From the NCBI RefSeq assembly GCF_009914755.1, contig NC_060933.1: a stretch of 64,000 bases of DNA; one strand, given 5' to 3'. The notes under the pieces are model-generated. The model did not search any database. It was not told the DNA's origin and saw nothing but the letters and a program-made list of their open reading frames with translations. Position numbers and translations under genes: made by a program. Shown one piece after another: positions 45,336-57,660 of the stretch (position 1 is its first letter; every line of letters begins with the position of its first letter). The stretch comes from the human T2T-CHM13v2.0 reference genome, Homo sapiens.

Positions 45336-45664
45336 CAGATTGAGTATCCCTAATCTGAAAATCCAAATGCTGAAATGCTCCAAAATTCTAAACTTTTTGA
45401 GTGCCAGTATGACACCACAAGAAGAAAATTCCACACCCGACCTCAAGTAATAGCCTGCACAAAATTACTTAAAATATTGTATAAACTCACCTTCAGGCTA
45501 TGTGTATAAGGTATATATAAAAAAACATATATTTCATGTTTAATGCTGGGTCCCACCCCCAAGATCTCTCATTATGTATATGCAAATATACCACAAACTG
45601 AAAAAAGTTCCAAAGCAAAAGTACTTCTGTTCCCAGGCATTTCAGGTAAGTAATATTCGCCCTG
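45336..45664. mobile_element. Tigger4b/MER46B-type DNA transposon
   Basis: CAGATTGAGTATCCCTAATCTGAAAATCC TIR; internal CACCTTCAGGCTATGTGTATAAGG. Confidence 0.75.
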
Positions 45665-45900
45665 TACATAGTAAGATCTTGCTATTCTTTGTTCAGAATT
45701 CTCTATCCCTGAACCATATTGTCTAAGAAAGTGTGACAAATGGATACTTGAGGTCATATAAAATAAACAAAAAATCATAAAAACAATTTTAGAATTGTTT
45801 TATTCGGTACTTACTACACGGTGAAATTAGAAGCCTTATGGCTTTGAAGAAACAGAAGAAGTGTATAATACTGCAATCCTGAAATTTTCTGGTTTCTCAT

Positions 45901-46668
45901 TGATATGGTTTGCCTGTGTCCTCACCCAAATTTCATCTTGAATTATAACTCCCACAATTCCCACATGTCTTGGGAGCAACCCTGTGGTAGGTGATTGAAT
46001 CATGTTGGGGTGGTACAGTAAATTGGTACCAGTAAAGTGGGGCACTGTTGAAAAGATACCCCAAAATGTCAAAGTGTAAAAGATACCCAAAAATGTAGAA
46101 GTGAACTGGATAACAGGCAGAGGTTGGAACAGTTCGGAGAACTCAGAAGAAGTCAGAAAATTGTGAGAAAGTTTGGAACTCCCTAGAGACTTGTTGAATG
46201 GCTTTGACCAAAATGGTGATAATGATACGGACTATGAAATCCAGGCTGAAGTGGTCTCAGATGGAGATGAGAAACTTGTTGGGAACTGGAGCAAACTTGT
46301 GGGGAATTGCTATGTCCCCACCCAAGCCTCATCTTGAATTGTAATTCCCACAATTCCCACATTGTTGTGGGAGGAACCCGGTGGGAGGCAACTGACTCAT
46401 GAGGGCAGGTCTTTTCTGTGCTGGTCTCGTGATAGTCAGTAATTCTTATGAGATCTGATGGTTTTAAAAATGGGAGTTTCCCTGCACAAGCTCTCTCTCT
46501 TTACCTGCTGCCATCCGTGTAAGACATGACTTGTTCCCCCTTGCCTTCTGCCATGATTGTGAGGCCTCCCCAGCCACATGAACTGTAAGTCCCTTAAATG
46601 CTTTTTCCTGTATAAATTACCCAGTCTCATGTATGTCTTTATTACTAGCATGAAAATGGACTAATACA
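45901..46668 (+). mobile_element. Internally deleted THE1 (MaLR) element: partial 5' LTR + start of internal region + 3' LTR
   Basis: TGATATGGTTTG...CTAATACA termini; 5-bp TSD CTCAT (45896-45900 / 46669-46673); THE1-int start GTAAATTGGTACCAGTA. Confidence 0.9.
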
Positions 46669-46685
46669 CTCATCATTCTAGTATA

Positions 46686-46746
46686 TTAGGTTGGTGCAAA
46701 AATTAAATTAATGGCAAAAACCGCAATTACTTTTGCACCAACCTAT
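46686..46746. mobile_element. MADE1 (Hsmar1-derived MITE), left arm internally deleted
   Basis: TTAGGTTGGTGCAAAA...TAATGGCAAAAACCGCAATTACTTTTGCACCAACCTA, flanked by TA. Confidence 0.9.
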
Positions 46747-47849
46747 ATATAATATTGAATGCCTCAAAATTTTAAAAATTAGCTATAAACTTTCTCTTTA
46801 TGTCAAAATCAACAAAGCAAAGTTACAATGAAAAGTTGAATCAACAGAAGTAACTACCTTTGACATCAATATCATGATTTCTATATCCATTATGGGTCAG
46901 TAACAAAAGCTGGAAACTTTTAAAGGCATTTTACTATAGTTTGCAAACCCAAGATAATAGCAGCACATTAACAATTCAAACATTATAGGCATGTCAGAGG
47001 AATAGGAATTATAGCATGAATCTTATCAGTTATAGACAATTTATATCCACGGGGACACCACTGGAATATACTGGGGAGCTTCAAACATGACACTATTCTA
47101 CTTAAGAAAAAAAAAGAAAAATAACGACAAAGAAGAAAAACATGCTTCTAAATAAGTCTGGGAGGACAACATAACAAGGGTCTCCAGGCAAATATCACAA
47201 CAAAAAACTGCGTGAAATAAAACACTTTGTTGACAAAAAGAAAATGAGTGTTCTCACCTTCTTTGCTCGGTGTAAAGGAATATAAGGTATCACCTGCCTT
47301 GAATGTCCCAGAAGAAAAAGCTAACTTGAGGAAATGAAAAATATGCCTGTTGGGAGTGAGCCATATGGCACAGTACAATGTTTTTTCCAAAGTGTGGTCC
47401 AGGTGTACACAAGATTATTTTTTATGAGGTCAAGAATGAAGTGTTGGGGGTGGTGAGGGTGTGTATGTATAATCTTCTATTTATGGCTAGTGACACTGAT
47501 TTTCCACTTCTGACAGCAATCCAATTTTTGTTTTTAATATATGTATTTAATATAAAATGTGATTCTACTTAAGAAGCAATCAGGTTCCCTCTACCAACCC
47601 CTACGCAGTAAGGTAACTGGCTTTCCCTAACTTTAGTAAAATGTTTGGAGGTTTGTTCTTTGGCTTAATCTCTTCATTGAGGAATACCAAGCATGGGTAA
47701 TACCACATGAAAAAAGAGAAAGATTAATTAAATTCGTGCAATAAATACCCAACTCTTTCCCCAACTCAGCTCCCAGGCAGCCAAGCATTCCCCCACTAGG
47801 CAGGAAGTTGGACAAGTCTTCTTAAAAAAATTGACCAGCCAAAGAGGGC

Positions 47850-48800
47850 AAACAAAGATACTGAACATCAGAGGGTTCTTAATTAAAAAGCCTTGTCAGT
47901 CAGATGACCCCATTTTGAAGTCAACAAGACTCACTCATGCATTCAAATCAGCGTCTTATATCCACATTTTAAAATATGGATAAACACCCACAGATTGTCA
48001 GACATCAGAGAAAAGCTTTTAACATGAAAGACAGAGACATAGTAAAAAACAAAACAAAACAGAACAGAGTACCTTAAAAGAAACAGACTATGTAAAGAGA
48101 AAAAAAATTTCAACAAGTTAAAAAAAAATTAATATCTTCAGAAAGGTAAAAGAAAACCATGAATTAAAACATGATATTACGAAAAGGAACACATAGGAAT
48201 TTTTTAAAAATTCCTGAAAATTAAAAAAAAAGTGATAGAAATTAAAAATAATATAAGGCCTGAACAATGAAATTGAAAATAGAACAAAAAAAGTCCGGAA
48301 AGTGAAAAAAACAAGAAAACAGAGGGGGAGGTAATCATAAATGAAAAAACTGAATAAAGTTTCCCAGAAATGAAAAAGCATGAATGTCCAGACTGAAATG
48401 GCCCATGAAGTTTCTAGTACAGTATTTGAAAATAGGCCTGCATCAATGCACATCATCATAAAGTTCATAAAACTGGAATTTCAAATATTCTACAAAGTTT
48501 CAGAGAAAAAAAAATCACATAAACCACATAAAAAAGATCAGAAATCAGATTGGTGTTTGGCTTGTCCATGGCAATCCTGCAAACTAGAAGAAACACAGTC
48601 ATTAAATCTAAGAAAAATAAATGAGTTTTACAGGAAAGGAAGGTAATCACTGTTTACTACAAGGCTGGATTTGAAAAGCATTTATATATCATGGTAATAT
48701 AAGCACTGAATTTACTGAATTTACTGAAATTAAAATATAACTTATAGGTTGAGACATGAAATTATTGTTTTTGTACCTAAAAAAACACATATGGTTCAAT
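47850..48800 (+). mobile_element. Old L1M 5'/ORF1 remnant
   Basis: Very A-rich; AAGCATGAATGTCCAGACTGAAATGGCCCATGAAG ORF1-like motif. Confidence 0.5.
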
Positions 48801-49534
48801 CTGTCAAGAACATAAGGGACAGGAAGGGTGGGTGGGCGGGTGGGTGGGCCAGGGTGTGTGTGTGTTGTGTTAGGGACCAAAAGAAGGGCATGCTAAGGTA
48901 ATGTTTAAAATGCTTAAAACTAAAAAATCAAGGTGCAGTAAAATAAGTATACTATATTTAAATAAATGGAGGTAAATATCAGAATAACAGGTTTAAAGAG
49001 GTCAATGTAGTTGCCTATGAGGAGTGGTTTGTGGGAGAATGGGGGAGGTTAAAGGCCATTTTTTTAAAATAACAGACCTTGCTAAGTTTTTTGAGTCTTT
49101 ATACTATTATATACCCTATTAAGACCTGGTGTAAATATTTGATAATATGTAAATTCAATAAAAAGAAAACTTTTTTTTCATGTTTACAGAAGGCACCTTC
49201 CAGAGATAGGAACACTATTTCCATCACACTCTTGTTAGTGATAGGCACTCTCTCAAAACCATTCTTCTACAGAGATGAAAACCAGAGTGAGTTAAATGTT
49301 CAACATTGCCTTTAAAAAGATAACTGTTATCTTTTTAAAGTTAGTTATAACAATGTCTGAATTGTTCTTTACTTGCTCTTCAGATGACATGACAAAAGCT
49401 ATCCCTTTCTCAATAAGGTTCAGAGTCTTAAAATTGGTGATGGCATTAATAATAACAGAGCCTTTTAAATCACCATTGTGAAGATTCATTTTTAATGGTT
49501 AAAAAATATATATAAAAAGATAAAAACATAACCA

Positions 49535-49770
49535 ATAAAGTGGGCGCTAAACAATTGGTACACATGAACATAAAGATGACAATAAGAGATACTGGGGACT
49601 CTAAAAGGAGAGAGGGTGGGAAGGGGATAAGTGTTGAAAAATTACCTATTGGGTACAATGTTCACTATTTGGGTAATGGGTACCCTAGAAGCCCAAACCC
49701 CACCATTATGTAATTTAGCCATAAAGCAAACCTGCATATGTATGCTCTGGATCTACAATTCTAAAAAAGA
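49535..49770 (+). mobile_element. L1PA/L1PB-type 3'UTR fragment
   Basis: GTTGAAAAATTACCTATTGGGTACAATGTTCACTATTTGGGT...AGAAGCCCAAACC. Confidence 0.8.
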
Positions 49771-49960
49771 GAGAATATGCTTAAAAGAAATAAAAGGAAC
49801 ATAAGCAATAGATTGAAACATGTAACACTTTTTGTAGATCAAAACTATATATAGTTCAATCTAATAAACTGGTAGCTTGAGGGATGGGAAAGTTGTATAT
49901 GTGTATATGGCAGAGTATGCTAAGATTTTTTTAAAAATGTTTAAAAAATAAACACAAAAT

Positions 49961-50270
<310 letters not shown>

Positions 50271-51250
50271 TTATCTCAGATGTCTTTACTTATCCTAAAA
50301 GCCAATGACTTCTGTACGATTGCAGCACACCCCCTGCCCAACCCAATTCTATATCCTGTAAAGAATATAACCTTGCATCTATCAATTATAAAAATGTCCT
50401 TCATCATCTATAACCCATCTATATCCTTCTCCCTAACCACTTATTTATAATTGTAAGAGCAACGTTTGCTAAAGAGTCTCTTTAATACTAAGAAATTATA
50501 GGCAAATCTTGAATCTCAAGATAATGTTATATGACATATGATCTTTCTCACTTATGTTCTCACCACTCTTTAGAAGAAATCACAGGCCAGTGTGTTCACA
50601 ATCCACATACATGAACAGCATTACTTTGTCAGTATCTTTCCAAACAAGCCAACTGCCCTGCGTATGAATAAGACCTGTAGTAAATATCTGATGATGAATT
50701 CACTCCCAACTTTTTAAATAGCTTGAGTCAGATCTCCAGACCTTGAAGATTATTCTATTTTCATTCAACAGTATTTATCAACCACCTAATGCAAAGGCAC
50801 TTTCTAAAATACCACAAAGGCAAAATCCCTGCCTGGAAGGTGCATGCATCCTATTAAGTACTACTGTGAGCCAACTAAATAAAGTATAATATTGCTGACA
50901 TTTCAATATGAAAGAAATAGAAAGTTGTGATAAACAATGAGGAGAGAAGAGAAGGAGAAAACTTTGAGTGGTCATATCAGAAAAAATAACTTGCTTTAGG
51001 AGTCAAGACAGGCTGTTTGAGAATACAGATTATAACTTGAGTATTCATTTTTGTATCCCTATAGCCTAGCACAGAAAGAACCTGGCACATCCAAGAAATG
51101 CTCAAGAAACATTTGCTGAATGAACCTAAAAACTGAAGTATGCCTATCATAGCAAGACAGTAAAGTTCAAATAATTTTTGGATACAGGTATGTTGGACAG
51201 CCAACATAATGAAAGTAACAGCATCTTTTCTAAGAGCAGCAGCTCCTTAC

Positions 51251-51367
51251 CTGTTGTTGTACTGGTACTTGCTGTACCACCTGCGTAGGCACTGCTGCTT
51301 GACTAGCCACAGATGTTTGTAAGGTCACTGTCGAGCCTGTGTCCGACCCAGTCTCTGATGTCTGCAT
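51251..51367 (-). CDS. RFX3: RFX3 first coding exon, coding part (codons 1-39); full exon 51251-51375 with 8 nt of 5'UTR
   Basis: Minus strand reads tttcag|AGACCATC ATG CAG ACA TCA GAG...CAA CAA CAG|gtaagg and translates to MQTSETGSDTGSTVTLQTSVASQAAVPTQVVQQVPVQQQ, the RFX3 N-terminus. Canonical AG/GT sites; phase 0 end. Confidence 0.97.
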
Positions 51368-51824
51368 GATGGTCTCTGAAATAGATTAAAATGAAATTAA
51401 AGTTTAAAATGTCACTCCTGCATGACTAGCTTCCTTACAATTGTTCTTAAAATCCTATACTGAAACTAACTTTCAACTCTCATACCTCTTATCCCAACAT
51501 ACTACCATGACAGTCCGTGCATGTGTATGGTCATTCTGACCACTTTATAAATAATTACTAATCCACATTCTTTAAAAAAATTCCCATTAGCACCTCTTAT
51601 CCTGAGACTATCCAGGTTAAATTTCATTGAAAGCTACCTTCTATCTCATTTGTTATAAATTGTTTAAATCCCTTTATAAACTATCATCCAAAATTATATC
51701 AAAATGTTCTTAATTCTCAGAACACAAACCCTACCTGGATGTAAGTGTCATGAATTCTACTTTCTTGACACTTTTATAGGCTGTCAGGATGTCACCAGAA
51801 TATAATTTAGAGTAAATCATTTCT

Positions 51825-52611
51825 TTTTTTTTTTTATACTTTGTTTTAGGGTACATGTGCACAATGTGCAGGTTAGTTACATATGTATACGTGTGCCATG
51901 TTGGTGTGCTATACCCATTAACTCGTCATTTAACATTAGGTATATCTCCTAATGCTATGCCTCCCCCCTCCCCTCCACCCCACAACAGGCCCCGATGTGT
52001 GATGTTCTCCTTCCTGTGTCCATGTGTTCTCATTGTTCAATTCCCACCTATGAGTGAGAACATGCGGTGTTTGGTTTTTTGTCCTTGCAATAGTTTGCTG
52101 AGAATGATGGTTTCCAGCTTCATCCGTGTCCCTACAAAGGACATTAACTCATCATTTTTTATGGCTGCATAGTATTCCATGGTGTATATGTGCCACATTT
52201 TCTTAATCCAGTCTATCATTGTTGGACATTTGGCTTGGTTCCGAGTCTTTGCTGTTGTGAATAGTGCCGCAGTAAACATATGTGTTCGTGTGTCTTTATA
52301 GCAGCATGACTTATAATCCTTTGGGTATATACCCAGTAACGGGATGGCTGGGTCAAATGGTATTTCTAGTTCTAGATCCCTGAGGAATCGCCACACTGAC
52401 TTCCACAATGGTTGAACTAGTTTATGGTCCCATCAACAGTGTAAAAGTGTTCCTATTTCTCCACATCCTCTCCAGCACCTGCTGTTTCCTGACTTTTTAA
52501 TGATTGCCATTCTAACTGGTGTGAGATGGTATCTCATTGTGGTTTTGATTTGCATTTCTCTGATCGCCAGTGATGATGAGCATTTTTTCATGTGTCTTTT
52601 GGCTGCATAAA
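51825..52611 (-). mobile_element. 5'-truncated L1PA 3' end (~790 bp), sense to RFX3
   Basis: ORF2 C-terminus on minus strand; 17-bp TSD TAGAGTAAATCATTTCT (51808-51824 / 52612-52628). Confidence 0.95.
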
Positions 52612-54630
52612 TAGAGTAAATCATTTCTAAGGTCCTTTCCAACTTTAAAACTTACTATTTGGTGATCTAAAACAATTAACGTATATCCAAAAGCCAACTG
52701 ATATGCCCTAAACTTAGCCAAAGAATCAAGTTAACTAATTTTGTGTATGGTATAATATGGTACTAAAATCAAAATTCGATTATAGTCTTATACAAAGATA
52801 GCCCCAAATCCATAACATTTAATACAGTTGAAAGATGAGGGAGACTACTATCATGTAAATGAGATTTGTAAACAAAGACATGTACTTTCTCTCATTCACA
52901 ATTAAACATGCCACGTTTCTCAGTTTTGCCTGACCTGCCATTGTTTACTCTAACAGGTATGCTTTCTCCGGCTTCCTGGCCTTGACATCCCCTTTTACTA
53001 CTTATGCATTCAATAAAAGAAATATGAATTTCCTTGCTATTGAGCAAAGACCAGATTTCTAGTTTTCTTTCCTGGAGGAATGGAGCAAGAGAAACAGTGT
53101 TTAATTGGTAGCATAAGAAAAGCACTGCATCATAGTTTAAATCTATATGAAATACAGTGAACATTAATTTTTAACTAAGAAATTTTTGAAAGAGTATTCA
53201 GTTTTTCAAGGAGAAAATTAACCCCTCTTGGCATCTGTTGTCACAGCATGACTTCTTCTAATTTTCCCCCAAAACCTTCAATCATATTCAATTTCAGAAA
53301 CGGACCTCTGAAGACAATGCATCTATTCTTCTTATTTTGTAAACGAGGAACCTAAAACCCAGAGAGATTAAGAGACTTGTTCAAGGTGACAGGAGTAGAC
53401 TTGGGACTGGGCTTTTTCACTTTGACTCTGTGCTTAATTTTCTTTCTACACTTTGACATTGGCATCTTTTTAGGGGATTATTTTCTCATTCTTTTGTTAG
53501 TGAAACCCCTAAAGCAGCACAATAAACCTTGTACATGCAAAAGGTATAGCAGTAACAACTAGCACTGATTGTTCAACACACGCTAAGAATTCTTTTAAGT
53601 GCTTGATATATTTATTAATTTAAAAATGAATCCATGTAACAACTCAATGCAGTTGGTATGACTATAATCTGCATTTACAAATGAGGAACCTCAGGCACAG
53701 AGAGCAGAAGTGGCTAGGGGTTTACAAAATAAATGGAAAGTGATCAATTCAGTGGCTAATACTCCTAGATGGGTTAGCTAATGCTCAGCTCCAGCATATT
53801 GTGAGTATGTGGGAAACTTCCTTCCATTTTCCGAAAGAAACTGAAAGTCCAGATTTTTATGTGAAATCTCACAAATGGTGGTTTATTTAAATGTAGTACT
53901 GATCTCCAAACACACACACACACACAATCTTTGAACCAGCATTAAGACCACAGAAATGACCAAAAATGTTTGAGAATGACACTATTTTTTACTACACAAA
54001 ATTCTTGCCTAACGAGTATTACTAGAGGACCAATAGTTCTCAAAATTTGGGGAGAGAATACACAAATTAAGAACCCAGTCTGTGCCTCTTCCTCTTTCTT
54101 CTACCACAGACAGGAAACAAAAAAAAAAAATCCCTAAAAAAGAAAGCAAAAGCCAGGGTCCTTTGATTTATTACACATTTATATGCCATTTGTGCTATAG
54201 CAGAGGAACTATTAGTAAGAGTGAGGCAATGCTTTTCTGCAAAGAATAAGGAATGAACCAGACATTAGATATCATCTTCTGTGAGGTCTTTTTCAGCCTC
54301 TCTTGTCAACTCCAAGATGGCTGGTGGCCTCTGTCAGTTTAGTGTACAGATGAGGAAGACAGCGTTGCCAGTTATAGCTTCTCCTTTAAGCTGTTCAACT
54401 AAGAGTAGATGAGTTTCTTACAATGATGTCACTCGCACTAAATCTGCCTCCTATTTCCCCCAGAGCTGGATGGGAATGTTCCAGAGTCTAACTTGTTTGC
54501 ACATACATTGTATTACAGACTACTCTACATACTTTTTTTGGTCTATGACCCACACTTTGACATCAACTGTTTTAGATCAAACACATGCAAGAATGTAAAG
54601 AAAAAAGTTCTCTTTAAAAATTAAAACTAC

Positions 54631-54719
54631 CATGTATACATATGTAACTAACCTGCACAATGTGCACATGTACCCTAAAACTTAGAGTATAATAAAAAAA
54701 AAAAAAAAAAAAAAAAAAA
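54631..54719 (+). mobile_element. Extremely 5'-truncated L1HS (~63 bp + A26)
   Basis: CATGTATACATATGTAACTAACCTGCACAATGTGCACATGTACCCTAAAACTTAGAGTATAAT with the L1HS-diagnostic G (54685); TSD AAAAATTAAAACTACC (54616-54631 / 54715-54730). Confidence 0.9.
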
Positions 54720-54893
54720 TTAAAACTACCTTTAAAGTAATTCTTAACAACTCCCAATAAGCCACCTGGGAGAGCATATCAGAAGATAAAAGGCATAGAT
54801 TTGGAAATTGGCCTTCTATGGACTACATTTGACTCCCCACTCGGGTTTTGTTTGACTCAGAGTGATTACAAAATTCTTAATTGCTAACATTTA

Positions 54894-55243
<350 letters not shown>

Positions 55244-55447
55244 ACAAATTTCCAGAATTTCTTGAAACATCTGAAAATTTTAAAGAGGTGAGCACATATT
55301 ATGTGTTCTATAGGCAAATTATTTAAATGGTTATACTCTTTTCAATTGAATGGCCTCTATAGGCATTTGAGTTTGTGACTCTTTTGAGGGTAATCAGAAA
55401 TCTATTTCTACATATAAAGATTGAAGTAGAAAATTGCTTTTTGAGGG

Positions 55448-55740
55448 GGCCGGGGGCAGTGGCTCACGCTTGTAATCCCAGCACTTTGGGAGGCCAAGTG
55501 GGGCAGATCTCGAGGTCAGGAGTTTGAGACCAGCCTGAACAACATGGTGAAACCCCGCCTCTACTAAAATACAAAAATTAGCCAGGCATGGTGGTGCATG
55601 CCTGTAATCCCAGCTACTCAGGAGGCTGCAGCAGGAGAGTCACTTGAACCTGGGAGGCAGAGGTTGCGGTGAGCCAAGATCATTCCACTGCACTCCAGCC
55701 TGGATGACAGAGCAAGACTCCGTCTCAAAAAAAAAAAAAA
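55448..55740 (+). mobile_element. Alu (AluSg-like)
   Basis: Full dimer; TSD AGAAAATTGCTTTTTG. Confidence 0.95.
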
Positions 55741-55904
55741 GAAAATTGCTTTTTGGGTTTGAAACAATATTGATGACATTTATATTAATTTTACACAGAA
55801 AAGTAATACCCAAGTTTAGACCATTTTACTGCTAGAAATGTATCACTAGATTAAAACTAGTGATTTTATCAATAGATGTATCACTAGATTAAAACTATGA
55901 TTTT

Positions 55905-55972
55905 CCTTATTTTAAAGATGAGTTAACTGAGGCCCAGAGATGTTACATCACTTACCGAAGGCCATACAGACG
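55905..55972 (-). mobile_element. MIR core fragment
   Basis: ATTTTAAAGATGAGTTAACTGAGGCCCAGAGATGTTACATCACTTACCGAAGGCCATACAG resembles the MIR core (TTTTACAGATGAGGAAACTGAGGCACAGAGAGGTTAAGTAACTTGCCCAAGGTCACACAG). Strand label follows the other MIR calls and is uncertain. Confidence 0.75.
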
Positions 55973-56000
55973 CTGCACAAAGACAAGTAAGAAAGGCAAA
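55956..56000 (-). other. RFX3: Candidate 5' cassette microexon (17 or 45 nt) exonized from an antisense MIR
   Basis: Donor TCG|gtaagt (GT at 55954-55955). Two pyrimidine-rich acceptors: ...cttacttgtctttgtgcag| (AG at 55973-55974) and ...ctttttcttttcttcctgtctcattctaaaaattcatcag| (AG at 56001-56002). Confidence 0.5.
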
Positions 56001-56524
56001 CTGATGAATTTTTAGAATGAGACAGGAAGAAAAGAAAAAGTTGTCAACTACTTAATAGGAGGAATCTTATAGAATAGAGTAGGGGAAATAAGATAGGTAA
56101 AAAACAATGGTTGTAAAACATAAAGCTAGAGAGTCACGGAGAACTTTCCATCAAGCCTCCAGCTGTACCTATAAACCACATCCAAACTGTTACATAAAGC
56201 CTAGTCCTGCACAACCAAGTATCCCATCAAGTATCAACCAAGTCCTAGTATATGTTCTGTTTATTCCCAAATTACTGCTCATAGGTCTGATCTACTTGGC
56301 TCTTGGAATATAGGGTCATGCCAGTTGATAAAAACTTAGTCTCTCTTTTGTGTCTCCATTTTCCTTCATAGACACAATTTCATTTTCCTCTGATTTTACT
56401 ATCTTCAGCCTTGACAGAGAGGCTCTCTTTGCCAAGCTTTATGACATTAGAGGGTATCAATCATATCCCTTCCACAGATTAACTGAAAAGTTCATAATTT
56501 GGCCTCTCATGTAATAGTTTTTTC

Positions 56525-56730
56525 CTGGTGCCAGGCACTACACTAAGTGCTTTAAATACATTTTCTAGTTCAATCTTCAGAAGAACCCCCTGATGGAGGT
56601 GTTATCCCCATTTAACAAATAAAGAAACTGAGGCACAAATGGATTAAATAACTTGCCAAAAGCCACACAACTAGTAAGAGAAAAAGCCTGAATTCACTTG
56701 ATGTCTGTCTGACTCTAAAGCACATGATGT
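56525..56730 (-). mobile_element. MIR
   Basis: GTGCCAGGCACTACACTAAGTGCTTT...AAACTGAGGCACA...AACTTGCC. Confidence 0.8.
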
Positions 56731-57289
56731 CAACCAGTACATACACTGCTTTGCAATATCATGATGATAGGGCTTCCAAAGAAAAGCTAGAGACTGTTGG
56801 TCTAGACAGCAATCTTTGGGGTTCTCAATCGATATTACATGATTTACACTTCCAACAACAACAGAAAGACATCCCCTCTCTCTGACACCAAAGTTAGGAA
56901 GTATTTCTTCTCTTTCAACAGAGACCATAAAACCCAACTAATACGTATTTTTCCAGAGGCATTTTTAGTGATTAATTCTGAAGACCTGATAAAAACAGCA
57001 GATTAATTAGAATGTTAAAGCATGTTTGAGGAATATAACCCTCCCGCCAAATTTTGCTAAACAGATCATTTAAGCCCACTGACACATTCATAGTATTCTG
57101 GTAGGCTTCCAACATTTCTGCAAAGTAAGGATCATCACATGAGAGCAGTGCCCTAGCATGCTCCATTTTAGGTTTTGTTTTACTCCCAGCATAATAGCTT
57201 ATGAGTATATTTGAGGTGTTCCCATTCATCCAGCAGTGGTTTCTGGTGTTTTGTTTATGTTTGGGAGTAATTTGGTTAGTTTAGTTCCT

Positions 57290-57660
57290 TCACAGCCTTC
57301 TTTCAAGTGATATTTGTTTATCAGTCACAAATGCCGTCACATTAATCCATTTTGATAAGCTAAATAAACCCCTGCAGTTTGTCAATGATGCAGCCCATAT
57401 GTAAATGAGTTGTATATTCTTACAGGAGAGACATGCACAATTTCAGTCTAGTCATCCTCGCCTAATGTGTCTGTCAGGTGTGTCATGAGCAACAGATGCT
57501 TGTTTGACAAAGGACCTTTTTATTCTGGCTAATTAAGCAGTTGGACACACCCGCCTGTTAACGGTTCTTCTTTGTACAGCCAGCTCTGGCTGAATCATGC
57601 GAATCTACAGCTAAATAGGCCACATTTTGAAAGAAGGCTAATTAACCCCTACGAGAAGGA
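57290..57660. promoter_or_regulatory. Candidate intronic enhancer (no recognisable repeat, TF-motif dense)
   Basis: Clustered TAATCC, TAAATAAAC, ATGTAAAT, TGTCA, CAGGTG, CAGATG, TGTTTGAC, ACAAAG and CTAATTAA motifs. Confidence 0.4.
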
